DNA of 63,367 bases, taken from a virus (Duplodnaviria > Caudoviricetes). The DNA lies in IMG/VR virus record IMGVR_UViG_3300013137_000021, positions 1-63,367 of that record. One strand, 5' to 3'. The notes under the pieces are model-generated. The model searched no databases and was not told the DNA's origin. It saw only the letters and a list, made by a program, of their open reading frames with translations. The position numbers and the translations under genes are program-made. Of this stretch, positions 37,233 through 46,656 are shown piece after piece (the first letter of the stretch is position 1; every line of letters starts with the position of its first letter).

Positions 37233-38357
37233 CTATGCGTCCTCACGTGGGCTCATGTAAACGGGGAAGCCGTTCTCCGAGAAGGCCAGCGAACGGTCCA
37301 CGATGATCCGGCGGATTCTCTTTAACGTTGTGAATCCAGAGATGACCGAGGCATAGGTCCCTTGAATCTGGCGCTGTATAATCCGGTCGTTCTCGACCAG
37401 GAGGCCACGGAACGTCAGATAGTCCATCGCGCGACGGTCGAAGAAAAGAGTCTGATCGTCGGAAAGCTGATCCGTGATGCGGTGCAGCAGGTTTGCTGGG
37501 ATGATGCGGTTTGTATCGACCGATACGACCTGCCCGCCGACGCCCTTCTGAAGCTTGAACTCATCCATGTCGAGGATTTCATTCGCCAGGGGCTCACTCG
37601 TCAGCATATTTACCCAACGGACGCCCACGCGAGAACCACGTACCCAGGGCCGCACGTAGTCAGGGAAATCCAGCGTATCCGCTACGCTCACGCCGATAAT
37701 CGAAGTGGCGTCAGAGCCCCCCGCCTGATCGCCGTTAATCAAGCAGTTCACACCGGCGCGGAACAGCTTCATGCCCAACTCTGTCCCGACTTCCGTCAGG
37801 TACTCACCAAGCAGATTCAGCGGACAGGAAAGGATGACTTCATCGGTGTACTCGATACCTATGGCGGATTTCTTCAGGCGAATCGTCTTCTCACCCCAAG
37901 AAATCTTGGACACCGGGATGGTTTCGGCCTCTCCGATATCCTGCGGCCTGGTGTCTTCGTACTTGATCCAAGGGCTCGTGACCGTGAGTTGCCCCACATT
38001 TTGCGAACTACTTATCAAGTCGGTGTGCGTAGCCGTGGATTCGAGGCCATCTACAACGAACTGGCGCACGATTTCAGGCGCGAGGCGACTGATATCGCCA
38101 CTGAGGGAAATCAGGTTACCAAGGGTCAACTCTGCCGGATTTTCCGCCAAGTCCTGCCATAGGTCCTCCAGTGTGATCGGATTGCCCGCCATGTTTGTCA
38201 GACCGCAAGGCCGCCCCTGTCCGTTGATAGCCCTGGTCTGCATGAATTTCTCAAGCGAAATTTCGCTGCCGGGCTGTCCATCGTTGCCTCTATAGGCTTG
38301 AAGCGGCTCATAGACACGCTCCCGAAAACTGTTGAGAAGACCAAGTTCTCCTGCCAT
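37233..38357 (-). CDS. Major capsid protein (HK97 fold)
   Basis: 374 aa; IGEAETIP, KSAIGIEYTDE; position after scaffold and decoration genes. Confidence 0.85.
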   Translation of the reverse strand: MAGELGLLNSFRERVYEPLQAYRGNDGQPGSEISLEKFMQTRAINGQGRPCGLTNMAGNPITLEDLWQDLAENPAELTLGNLISLSGDISRLAPEIVRQFVVDGLESTATHTDLISSSQNVGQLTVTSPWIKYEDTRPQDIGEAETIPVSKISWGEKTIRLKKSAIGIEYTDEVILSCPLNLLGEYLTEVGTELGMKLFRAGVNCLINGDQAGGSDATSIIGVSVADTLDFPDYVRPWVRGSRVGVRWVNMLTSEPLANEILDMDEFKLQKGVGGQVVSVDTNRIIPANLLHRITDQLSDDQTLFFDRRAMDYLTFRGLLVENDRIIQRQIQGTYASVISGFTTLKRIRRIIVDRSLAFSENGFPVYMSPREDA

Positions 38358-38369
38358 GTCCGTTACTCC

Positions 38370-40280
38370 TTATTTCTCCAGGGTTTCGATAGCGGTAGAA
38401 GCCGCGTAATTTCCGGCTGCAAGGCCGAGGGTTGAATATGCGTCGTGTGCTATTTCATCCAGCGTTATGTCCGTGAATCGGTCATCAGCAGTGATGCGAA
38501 TCTTTGCCGCGACCACGGATGCCATGAAATCCGTCGCGGTAGCATTGATGTCGTCACAGACCTCTGAGGCGGTTCGCGCCGCCCCCGCGGTCAGGTCGAA
38601 CACCTGCGCCTCCCCGTCTCCGATGGTGATAGAAAGGGCGTCATTGCTACCATTGGTAATGGCATAGGGGCCGCGTCTGCCGCCTGAAACGCTTCGCGCA
38701 GAGGGAAGGCCGATTATGAGACCGGCGATAGCGGCCGGGTTGTGTGAACGAACTTCATCATAGGTGTCAGCGGTGAAGCCAAGCGCCGTGTAACAATCGC
38801 CCGATACCTCCATGATGATGAGAGAATCGGCAAGGTCTTCCGTAGCCAACCGGAGATGACCGGACGATGCGGAAGCGACGAATCCGACAGCAGCGGCAAA
38901 GTCCGCTATGACCTGCGTAATATTCCTGGACCCACTCGTCAGCGTGAAGGTTTGCTCATCACCATCGGAATTGATTTTGACCTTGAACTGATTGGCCTGT
39001 ACGGTATGCTCGTACTGGTCAACCACGAGCCCTAGCACTGCATATGCGTCATCAGCGACATCCTCGACCCACAGGTCTCCGTCAGTCTCATCCGCGGTGA
39101 GTGTCAGAAATCCGCCGCCATTTACTGCCGCGGTTAGCCCCGTTGTGCCGCTATTGATCTCGCCCGCTATCTGGGTGATGGTCCGCGCAGCGCCAACGGT
39201 CAGAGTGACCGTTTCGGATTCTCCGCCTGTAACCTTAAGCTTGACCTTGGTGTTCACAGCGTCCGCAATGAACTGAGCGCCGGTAGCTGTTCCGGTCGTG
39301 GTCCCCGCAAGGGCCGAAGTCGCCTCGTAAACATCCACTGTGAGGCCCAACAGGGTGTAGGCGTCATTTGCGACCGCCTCAATTTCGAGGTCGTCGTATG
39401 TGGCGTATGCCTGAAGCTTCAAATAGCCGCCCGCGACCGACGCCACGATATTGTCGGTCTGGGTGTTGATTTCATCCCTAATCGTGGTGAGAGCCACATC
39501 TACGCCCGCTGTCAGCGTCACCGTCTGCGATGCGCCCGCTCCGACCTTCAACTTGAGCTTATCGTTGGTGTTCAACACGACCGTTACGACGGTGTTCACC
39601 GTCCCGGTATGCGTTCCACCCGCGGCGGGCACTGCTGAATAGACTGCGGCAGTCAGACCCAACGCCGTGTAGCAATCGCCCGTGACCTCCACGACCTCTA
39701 AGTCATCCGCGGTATCGTCCGCTGTGAGCACGAGATGTCCGCCGCCATCGACACCCGCTGTAAATCCAACTGCCGTGGCATTGATGTCATTCTGGATCTC
39801 AACCATTTCCAAAGCAGGGCCAGTCGCCAGCGCAATGGTCTGCGGGTCGCCGGTCCCCACCGTGACCTTCAACTGGTTGTTGATCGCGTCCGCTATGCTG
39901 ACAGGGCCATCGTCAGTGCCGATTGTTGCGCCCGCGGCCGCTGCGGTGACAAGGAACGGTCCCGTCCCCGTGCCAACAACGCCGACGAACTCATCTCTGG
40001 TGTAGTTGACTGCATTGCCGTCAGCATCGTGAACGTAAGGCCCCACGGTTACAGCTTCGCCCGCCTCGCGGTCGTCCCTTCGCTCGCGGAATCGTGTATT
40101 CAGCGTGCAGGTTGTGGCGTCTGCCAGATGGACGGCCACTGTCCCGAGGACATTCACGCTGCCGTCAATGCTGAGCGCCGCGGCCGTAAGGTGGTCCGAG
40201 ATGTCGAGCACTTGACCAACAACCACGTCTGAAGGACAGGCGACGGAAGTGGCAAGGCATCTAGTTCGTGCTTGTTTCAT
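38370..40280 (-). CDS. Capsid decoration paralogue carrying five ~90-aa inserted repeats
   Basis: Shares TRFRERRDDR, HxPAAIAGL and ETLE with 40292-40663; five repeats ending (A/C)YxxLG(L/F). Confidence 0.75.
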   Translation of the reverse strand: MKQARTRCLATSVACPSDVVVGQVLDISDHLTAAALSIDGSVNVLGTVAVHLADATTCTLNTRFRERRDDREAGEAVTVGPYVHDADGNAVNYTRDEFVGVVGTGTGPFLVTAAAAGATIGTDDGPVSIADAINNQLKVTVGTGDPQTIALATGPALEMVEIQNDINATAVGFTAGVDGGGHLVLTADDTADDLEVVEVTGDCYTALGLTAAVYSAVPAAGGTHTGTVNTVVTVVLNTNDKLKLKVGAGASQTVTLTAGVDVALTTIRDEINTQTDNIVASVAGGYLKLQAYATYDDLEIEAVANDAYTLLGLTVDVYEATSALAGTTTGTATGAQFIADAVNTKVKLKVTGGESETVTLTVGAARTITQIAGEINSGTTGLTAAVNGGGFLTLTADETDGDLWVEDVADDAYAVLGLVVDQYEHTVQANQFKVKINSDGDEQTFTLTSGSRNITQVIADFAAAVGFVASASSGHLRLATEDLADSLIIMEVSGDCYTALGFTADTYDEVRSHNPAAIAGLIIGLPSARSVSGGRRGPYAITNGSNDALSITIGDGEAQVFDLTAGAARTASEVCDDINATATDFMASVVAAKIRITADDRFTDITLDEIAHDAYSTLGLAAGNYAASTAIETLEK

Positions 40281-40291
40281 GCCGCCCTCCC

Positions 40292-40663
40292 TTAGTATTC
40301 GAGGGTTTCAACAACTACGTCCCCAGCGTTTGCAGTTGTGATGACCAATCCCGCAATGGCCGCGGGATCATGCGAGGCGGAATTGTAGTTGATGACTTTT
40401 CCCGCCGCATTCCAGACGAAAGCGCCTACAGAGACAGCCGCGCCCGAGAGCCGGTCGTCCCTTCGCTCGCGGAATCGTGTCTCAATGGTGCCGAACAGAT
40501 CGGTCCCGCGATGCACACAAACCGTTCCGACAACCTTTAGCGAAGCAGCCTCGGCCAACTTCACCACTGTTTTAGCCGCCGAAATGGTGACTACATCCCC
40601 GACCTCGATGTCCGCGGGGCAGATCATTTCGACTGCAAGCACGTCCGATACTTTTTGCTTCAT
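40292..40663 (-). CDS. Capsid decoration/cement protein
   Basis: 123 aa, beta-rich, between scaffold and capsid genes. Confidence 0.7.
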   Translation of the reverse strand: MKQKVSDVLAVEMICPADIEVGDVVTISAAKTVVKLAEAASLKVVGTVCVHRGTDLFGTIETRFRERRDDRLSGAAVSVGAFVWNAAGKVINYNSASHDPAAIAGLVITTANAGDVVVETLEY

Positions 40664-42033
40664 CTACTTGCCCTCCCTATTCGTCGAAACATGCTGCCCA
40701 CGCCATCGGCTATGTCTGCGTCCCTGGCGATGCGCTGATTCGTTGTCTGAGCGTTCCCCGTCCCTGGCAGCACGGGCGGCGCGGTGGACCGATTCAGACT
40801 GAATTTTGCCGCGGCCAATTCCTCGAAATGGGTCTTGTGAACCTTCAGCATTTCAGGATCTCCACAAGCCTCAATCATTGCTCGGAGTTTCTTGTCCCCC
40901 TCAGACATTTCGGGCTTTTCGGGATTCGCCTTGGCTGCGTCAAATTTACACAAGGTCTGTTGGCGAAGATCCTCAATGTAGGCGTCCCCCAGGGCTGCGT
41001 GTTCCAGCCGTTTGGGTAGGCGCTCAAGGATCTCTTCGGTGGTCAGCCCCGTCTCACCTTCGTTGAGAAGATGTTTGGCCGCGACAAACTGAAGTTTTTC
41101 CTGTTGACCGGTCAGGACTTCACTCGCCTGGTTCAAGGCAGCGGTTCGCTCCCTGATTTTTTCCGCGAGTCCTTCCGGCACTTGGGTGTTGTCGATAATT
41201 GGGTCTAACTTCAGGAGGCCGAGCGCCTCATTCAGCAGATCCAGAATTTCCTTTTCCATTCCTCGTCCTCCCGGTATTATGGAATGTTCGAGATTGGGAA
41301 TCTCACGGGCACCGGCGTTTTTGTCCGCACCGGAACCCGATGGGATCATTGCCATGTGCCGCACTGCGGTTATCTTTTTGGGAAGCCAGCGGACCACCTC
41401 CCCTTTGACCTTCTTGCCCTGCTTGATCATGAAGCCGTAATCATCCATATCGGGATGACTCTTCACGAAATCGCCGGTAATCCCCACGGAGCCCGACCGG
41501 ATTAGGCCGCTATCCAGGCCCAAGGCCGCTTTCGCATCAAAGGCGGGATCAACCACGATCTCTGCGTTCACTCCCGGCGGGATGTCCTTGGAATCTTCCC
41601 AAGCAGCGTGTTCAACGAATCCGGCCAGATACTTGACCTCCCATGAATGATCCCATGTCAGATCCGGTCGATTGCTGTTGATGAGCCCGACAATGCCGCG
41701 AATGGCCTTTCCATTTTCGTGGCCGTAGTCCACAAGTTGCGGATACCAACCGCCCGAAGGCCACGCCTGCACACATGAAAGAATGCGCCAGAGTTGCCTC
41801 AACTGGCCGTTAGCGTCAGAAGCGGCATTACTGCTCTTATCGTCAGCGGCGCCCTTGCCTGCTTCGGCATGTTCGAGTGAAGCTTCCTCTTCGGATTCGC
41901 TTTCAGTCTCGGGTGTCGTCGCTGCCGGCGGCTCGCGATGCGCCGACGCCGCCGGGGAGTGATCGAAGGTGAACACCTTCTCGTTGCCCTCCATCCGGCT
42001 GTTCGGAATTGTCAGTTTCTTGGTCTGATCCAT
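40660..42033 (-). CDS. Prohead protease/scaffold
   Basis: WDH, RSGSVG, GADKNA protease-like motifs followed by a helical C-terminal half. Confidence 0.7.
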   Translation of the reverse strand: MDQTKKLTIPNSRMEGNEKVFTFDHSPAASAHREPPAATTPETESESEEEASLEHAEAGKGAADDKSSNAASDANGQLRQLWRILSCVQAWPSGGWYPQLVDYGHENGKAIRGIVGLINSNRPDLTWDHSWEVKYLAGFVEHAAWEDSKDIPPGVNAEIVVDPAFDAKAALGLDSGLIRSGSVGITGDFVKSHPDMDDYGFMIKQGKKVKGEVVRWLPKKITAVRHMAMIPSGSGADKNAGAREIPNLEHSIIPGGRGMEKEILDLLNEALGLLKLDPIIDNTQVPEGLAEKIRERTAALNQASEVLTGQQEKLQFVAAKHLLNEGETGLTTEEILERLPKRLEHAALGDAYIEDLRQQTLCKFDAAKANPEKPEMSEGDKKLRAMIEACGDPEMLKVHKTHFEELAAAKFSLNRSTAPPVLPGTGNAQTTNQRIARDADIADGVGSMFRRIGRASR

Positions 42034-43468
42034 GCACGCCTCCCGGCGACAAGGCTAAGTCTGCGCCCTGCCATTTCGAGGTTTCAAAAGGCACCAGGCT
42101 GTAGTCGTCGGCTCCCCGATTGAAAGCCGCCACATAAGCCCCGGATTCGATGTTTATGTCTTCGTGCCCGAGAAGTTTCCGGGCTTCAGGTATGTCGATG
42201 ATTTGGGCCTCTAACTGCGTAGCAATGGCTTGCGCCTTCATCTGCGTAGCTTCGGCTTCTTTGAAAAGGTCGACAGTCATGTTGTCGAGCATGCGAACGC
42301 GAACCGCCACGTCCCCCATGCCCAACAGGGCCAGATTCAGCCGATACCCATGCTCAAGTACTCGGATTGCCCCTTGCTGATAGATTTTGAGCCCCTGGAG
42401 CAATTCCTGGAAAATCACACGAAGCGCCGCTTCACTGAGGCCGAAGTTCCAGCCGAACCAAATAGGATCTCGCTGCAATGCGGAGAAGAGGCTCTGAAGC
42501 GCCACTTGCAGCGTTTCTTTGGCCCCTTCCGCTCCGGCGCTGAGATTCTGAAATTGAAAATCAATATTGTCGAAGCCAATTGCGAGGCCGTCCGCGAGGT
42601 TATGAGCCACGGAGTCCGCTATGGCATCCAAATAAATTTGTGACTTGTTATCGTAAGCTTGTTGGTCCTCACCAGGCACGCGAGGCGGGGCCTTCACTGA
42701 TGCCAGCAAAATTCCCATGCTGCTGGCCTTGGCTACCCATGTCCTGATTTGCTTGATTATATCCCGCTGCATCTGACACGATTCGAGAGCGGAGAGCAGC
42801 GGCGGAATCGGGTAGGGGTTGCTGTCACGCAGCATCAGGGCGTGATACACCGTCTGAATAGCCTGCAATGGCACAGGGCTTGCGCTGGTCGGCTGAAGTT
42901 GCACAAGCCGGAGCGTCCCTTGGTCGTCAGCGTATTGCCAGCGTAGCGAACGTATCGGTGCAGGGAAATACCGTTCGATGCGCTCAAAACTGGTCCGCGG
43001 AACCCACTCGCCGCACGTGGCCCCGGCACGGGCAAGTTGTTCTAACGAACTGTTTATGATGCCTTCCGCGCCGCCAGCATACGGAAAGCAGCGGCTCGCC
43101 AGTTCGTTGCAGGCAGTTATGGCTTCCCGTGCCCGCGCTTCAGTAGCGGCTTGAATCAGGAGCTTATGACCAGGATTTCCGAGGCTGACCGTGGTATGCA
43201 CGAAGCGGCGACAATAGGGGTCTACGACCGAGACCGCATCACAAATATCGTAATAGGCAAAATTGAAATTGGCAGGAATCAAGGAAAAATTATTGAGGTT
43301 AGGTCCAACCCATTCAGCATCCCGACTGACCCTCTTGGCTGTCACCATAGGGTAGCCCGCACGCGGTTTGGTGCGTGGCCGTGCCAGTGATGTTTTCTTC
43401 AGTGGAATCTGACTCTGCGGCCATAATGCGATCTGCTTATCGGTCTTCCGTGGGGTAGCTTTTTTCAT
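41903..43468 (-). CDS. Portal protein
   Basis: 521 aa directly after terminase; PYPIPPLLSALES, IIDIPEARKLLG. Confidence 0.8.
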   Translation of the reverse strand: MKKATPRKTDKQIALWPQSQIPLKKTSLARPRTKPRAGYPMVTAKRVSRDAEWVGPNLNNFSLIPANFNFAYYDICDAVSVVDPYCRRFVHTTVSLGNPGHKLLIQAATEARAREAITACNELASRCFPYAGGAEGIINSSLEQLARAGATCGEWVPRTSFERIERYFPAPIRSLRWQYADDQGTLRLVQLQPTSASPVPLQAIQTVYHALMLRDSNPYPIPPLLSALESCQMQRDIIKQIRTWVAKASSMGILLASVKAPPRVPGEDQQAYDNKSQIYLDAIADSVAHNLADGLAIGFDNIDFQFQNLSAGAEGAKETLQVALQSLFSALQRDPIWFGWNFGLSEAALRVIFQELLQGLKIYQQGAIRVLEHGYRLNLALLGMGDVAVRVRMLDNMTVDLFKEAEATQMKAQAIATQLEAQIIDIPEARKLLGHEDINIESGAYVAAFNRGADDYSLVPFETSKWQGADLALSPGGVHGSDQETDNSEQPDGGQREGVHLRSLPGGVGASRAAGSDDTRD

Positions 43469-45135
43469 GCCGCGTGCCCCCCCACTCTTCGGGTGATTGG
43501 CATAACCATCGGAGATGCTTGCTGGCCAAACTCGTAAGCCGCAATGGTGGCTGAATTCATGGCCATCGCATAATGGTTCTCGACATGCTGCCCGGAGATG
43601 TAATTACGCTTGGTGACGCCGTTAGCCTTGTGCTCCCATTTGACGATCAATTTCTTGAGATGCCGGCGTGCATCCTCAACTAAAGACAGGGCCGCGCCTT
43701 CACAGAGGGAACGCTTGGGAAGCCAGATCAAACCGGCCTCTATCTTGTCTATGAATGCATCCAGACTTTCGGTTCTGTCCTGGCTCACGACGTCGATCTT
43801 ATAGATACCCTCGTGAAGTTCCTCCCCCCGTTTCAACTCCTTGCCCTGAAAATACTGAATCGCCACCCGTCCGGGATGCCTCGAAGCAAACGCCTTTGCG
43901 GAGTGCTTGCTTGGAAGGGCATCCACCACACAGAAGGCTATGCCGAATTTTTCCATGAAGTAGTCAAGGCGGTCCCACGACTCCACTTCCTCGAAGAAAC
44001 TGAACAGGGAAAGCGCACCGCTGCGGATATTAATCGCCACGTGCAGCCGGTCGCCCTGGTCAACCCCCATGAAAGCGCCAATTGCCCCCTCATAGGCCCA
44101 GCCATAGTCGCCTTCACGCTGATTCAGGAGCGTGTCTGTAACCCTGGCCGCGCCCCCGCCGTAAGGGAAGCCTAGAATACTGATCGTAAACCGACTCATC
44201 TTGCTCTGAGAACGGCGTGACTCTTTCCATTCCTGCATGACCGAAGAGGCGTAATTCGGGTAATCAGGCGGGCATATCTGCGTGTACAATTGGCTGAGAT
44301 GATAGCCACGGCGTTTCTTGGACGGTTGGTGTGCAACCCATACGCCCTTGCTCATGTCGAGTTGCGCCCCGCAATTCTCACAGCCTCGGTAATGTGTGGC
44401 GCCGTCGGGAAATTTCTTGCTGCGTCGCTGATTGCTAGAAAGTTCGAGGAAATTCTTAGGGAAGTTCAGTTCGAGGACGTTATCTTTGTTGCCGCAGCTA
44501 GGGCAGATCAGGTGCCAATATCGTTGATCCGACCCAGCGAACATGAAATCAATGTCTTGGCCTGGTAGACCCGGCTGAGAGAGCGCATGTATCCATTGCA
44601 GATCCGAGTGCATAACCCGGTCACGGGCGAGCTGCAAATTGTCAGGATTGATCTCTGATGTCTCATCGAAGAAAATCGCGTCGCCATCGACGCTCTTCGC
44701 GCGGCCCCGCGTATAGAGCCCCCTGAAAAAGATGGAGCCAAAGCCAATGTCTTTCAGGCCGACGTTGTTAATGGCTCCGACCCTATCTCTTAGATATGTG
44801 CTTTCATTTAGAATCGGCAAACATCGGTTGTTAGAGAAATCTGAAACCGCATCATCGTCCTGGAAAAAGTACAGGGCCTTCTTGCCCAGATGTTCGGCAA
44901 CGTAGATGCCCTTCAGAAGTTCGACGGTGGAAATACCGACCTGGGCGGCTTTTTCAAACGTCTGATCCGGGCTGTCATCCCAGATGATATCCCGCAGGTA
45001 CTCATGGCCAAGGAGTGAGTAGGGTGATTGCCGAATCTGTACCCGTGAACGCTTAAACAGCCACTCATGAAACGGCATCCGCCGTTGCGCTCCGACGAGT
45101 TCCTTGACTGGGATTATCTGTTCGAGAATGCTCAT
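43465..45135 (-). CDS. Terminase large subunit (lambda gpA-like)
   Basis: KAAQVGIS, FFDE Walker B, SDQRYWHLICPSC..CENC, GYHLSQL, GVDQG nuclease motif. Confidence 0.9.
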   Translation of the reverse strand: MSILEQIIPVKELVGAQRRMPFHEWLFKRSRVQIRQSPYSLLGHEYLRDIIWDDSPDQTFEKAAQVGISTVELLKGIYVAEHLGKKALYFFQDDDAVSDFSNNRCLPILNESTYLRDRVGAINNVGLKDIGFGSIFFRGLYTRGRAKSVDGDAIFFDETSEINPDNLQLARDRVMHSDLQWIHALSQPGLPGQDIDFMFAGSDQRYWHLICPSCGNKDNVLELNFPKNFLELSSNQRRSKKFPDGATHYRGCENCGAQLDMSKGVWVAHQPSKKRRGYHLSQLYTQICPPDYPNYASSVMQEWKESRRSQSKMSRFTISILGFPYGGGAARVTDTLLNQREGDYGWAYEGAIGAFMGVDQGDRLHVAINIRSGALSLFSFFEEVESWDRLDYFMEKFGIAFCVVDALPSKHSAKAFASRHPGRVAIQYFQGKELKRGEELHEGIYKIDVVSQDRTESLDAFIDKIEAGLIWLPKRSLCEGAALSLVEDARRHLKKLIVKWEHKANGVTKRNYISGQHVENHYAMAMNSATIAAYEFGQQASPMVMPITRRVGGHAA

Positions 45136-45716
45136 TGCAGCGGTTCACCATTCTCCGCAATGGTCTCTTCGATAGTGGCTTCAGCGATGGCCGCAGCTTC
45201 CTCGATGCGCTCCTTGATCTGCACAAAGAGTTCCGGATGGTCGGCCATTTCCTTGCGGATTTCCTCTTGAAGCTGTTCCTTGGCCTTCATGAGAGACCTG
45301 CGCTGCACAGCGGCAGATTTCTCTTTGTCCGCGCTCATTCTGCCGATGCTTGACCAGGTTTGGACGGTCCGTTGCAGGGCCAAGACCAAAGCCCCCATTT
45401 CCTCAATGGTCTTCTTGGTGCGAACGCTGGGCAGATCGCAGATCCAACCCTCGATCTTGTTGGCGAGGATGATGCAGCACCGCTCCTCAACCGGCAGATA
45501 CTGAAGGTCGCGGTAATCAGCGTCGGTCATATTGCCGGGGCGCTGGCGAGCAGCCCACGTCTGAAGAAAGCGGAATTCGGTCTTGTAGCCGTGATGCTCT
45601 AGAATTTGCATCCCCTGCCATGCAGGGCCTTTGATGAGTGCCCACTGGACCAACTCAACGCGGATATCTTCGGGCAGGCGGTCAAACGCAGTAATGGGCA
45701 TGAGTTTCGCGGCCAT
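45132..45716 (-). CDS. Probable terminase small subunit
   Basis: Helical protein directly upstream of the large subunit; FDRLPEDIR N-terminus. Confidence 0.6.
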   Translation of the reverse strand: MAAKLMPITAFDRLPEDIRVELVQWALIKGPAWQGMQILEHHGYKTEFRFLQTWAARQRPGNMTDADYRDLQYLPVEERCCIILANKIEGWICDLPSVRTKKTIEEMGALVLALQRTVQTWSSIGRMSADKEKSAAVQRRSLMKAKEQLQEEIRKEMADHPELFVQIKERIEEAAAIAEATIEETIAENGEPLQ

Positions 45717-45719
45717 GTG

Positions 45720-45932
45720 CTATGGAGCCTCCCGTTTATTCACAACGGGGGTCAGCGGGGACGGCAAGAAGAGATTCAGCAGGGCCTGGGCAATGGCTTG
45801 GTATTTCAACCAGTCCGGTTCCCCCACAATGCCCGCGCCGGTGAGGACCATACCAATCCCACCCAAGATATTGATAAAGATGCTCGGATGCAGCTTCACG
45901 TAGGCTTGAAGCTTCGCCCATACGTCACTCAT
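45720..45932 (-). CDS. Small two-TM membrane protein (holin-like)
   Basis: GGAGG RBS, two hydrophobic segments. Confidence 0.6.
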   Translation of the reverse strand: MSDVWAKLQAYVKLHPSIFINILGGIGMVLTGAGIVGEPDWLKYQAIAQALLNLFLPSPLTPVVNKREAP

Positions 45933-45954
45933 GATTGCCTCCGTCCATTGTGAA

Positions 45955-46261
45955 TAGTGGCGAACGCACCCGTATTTCCCGGAAGGGCAAGAAAATTTCG
46001 GAGTGACAAGATCCTGGGAAATTGCGCCAATGGCGAGTCATTGAAGAAGAACGGGCAATATCGGCGGGGCGCAGGAATGCAGTGCCGCCGAGGGCGTGTT
46101 CGCCGCTACGATGTGAGAAAAGGGCTGATGCTACTATGGTAAGGGGTTGCGCCGAAGTTGCGTGCTGCGACGTTATATCATGTCGGTGAGCAGTCCTTGC
46201 AAGTCGGCGCGCTCCTTTGGTACTTCTCAACATACCTTCGGTATGTTGTGGCGTCCTTTTC
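45955..46261 (+). ncRNA. Putative large structured non-coding RNA, family unrecognised
   Basis: Seven or more nested helices in two domains, about eight G.U pairs versus one A-C on the + strand, GGAA tetraloop; no credible ORF. Confidence 0.65.
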
Positions 46262-46540
46262 ACTCATAGCTACACAATGTCAAGCACAAAGTGCAAAAAA
46301 CCTGTTCTGAACACAAATTGGAATGCGTGTTTCTTGTTTACAGTCACCCCATTTCAGCACAATGCGAACACATTTACCGCTATGGCCTGGGAATCACGGG
46401 GAATCCAGCGCCCCCCCACCCTCCTGGTCGTGGGTGACTATTGGGGTGACTGTTGTATTTCGGCTATTTCGGTAAATTAGTGAAAATATTAGGGGTGAGA
46501 TTCGGGGAAAAGGGATGATTTTCGGCCCCACAAAACACGA

Positions 46541-46578
46541 AAGGGACTCGGAAAGTCTCCGAATCCCTTGGGTTTTTG
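46541..46578. terminator. Intrinsic terminator-like hairpin following the tRNA 3' end
   Basis: AAGGGA-C-TCGGA / TCCGA-A-TCCCTT with T-rich runs on both strands. Confidence 0.65.
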
Positions 46579-46579
46579 C

Positions 46580-46629
46580 TGGTGGCGGTGCAGGGACTTG
46601 AACCCCGGACACTGCGGATATGAGCCGCA
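46580..46629 (-). tRNA. 3' half of a CAT-anticodon tRNA (Met or Ile2) = attP core; not a complete tRNA
   Basis: TGCGG-CTCATAT-CCGCA anticodon arm, CGGGG-TTCAAGT-CCCTG T arm, CACCGCC-A-CCA end; D arm and 5' acceptor strand absent. Confidence 0.9.
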
Positions 46630-46656
46630 AATTCCCCAGAAAATACGTTAAATATA

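Noticed and set aside
41903-42033. 131-nt overlap of portal and protease genes as a recoding signal
   Set aside because: No slippery site seen; most simply a low-complexity C-terminal run-on or a single-base error
46117-46135. Hammerhead ribozyme suggested by CTGATG and GAAA
   Set aside because: Core reads CUGAUGC rather than CUGANGA and the helices do not match hammerhead topology
45925-46263. 112-aa minus-strand ORF and other short ORFs over the structured region
   Set aside because: No convincing RBS or protein features; extensive base pairing explains the region better, although translation is not excluded
46262-46295. Late promoter at minus-strand TTGACA
   Set aside because: No acceptable -10 hexamer at 16-18 bp; the nearby TTGCAC..TGC lacks the invariant GG of sigma54 sites
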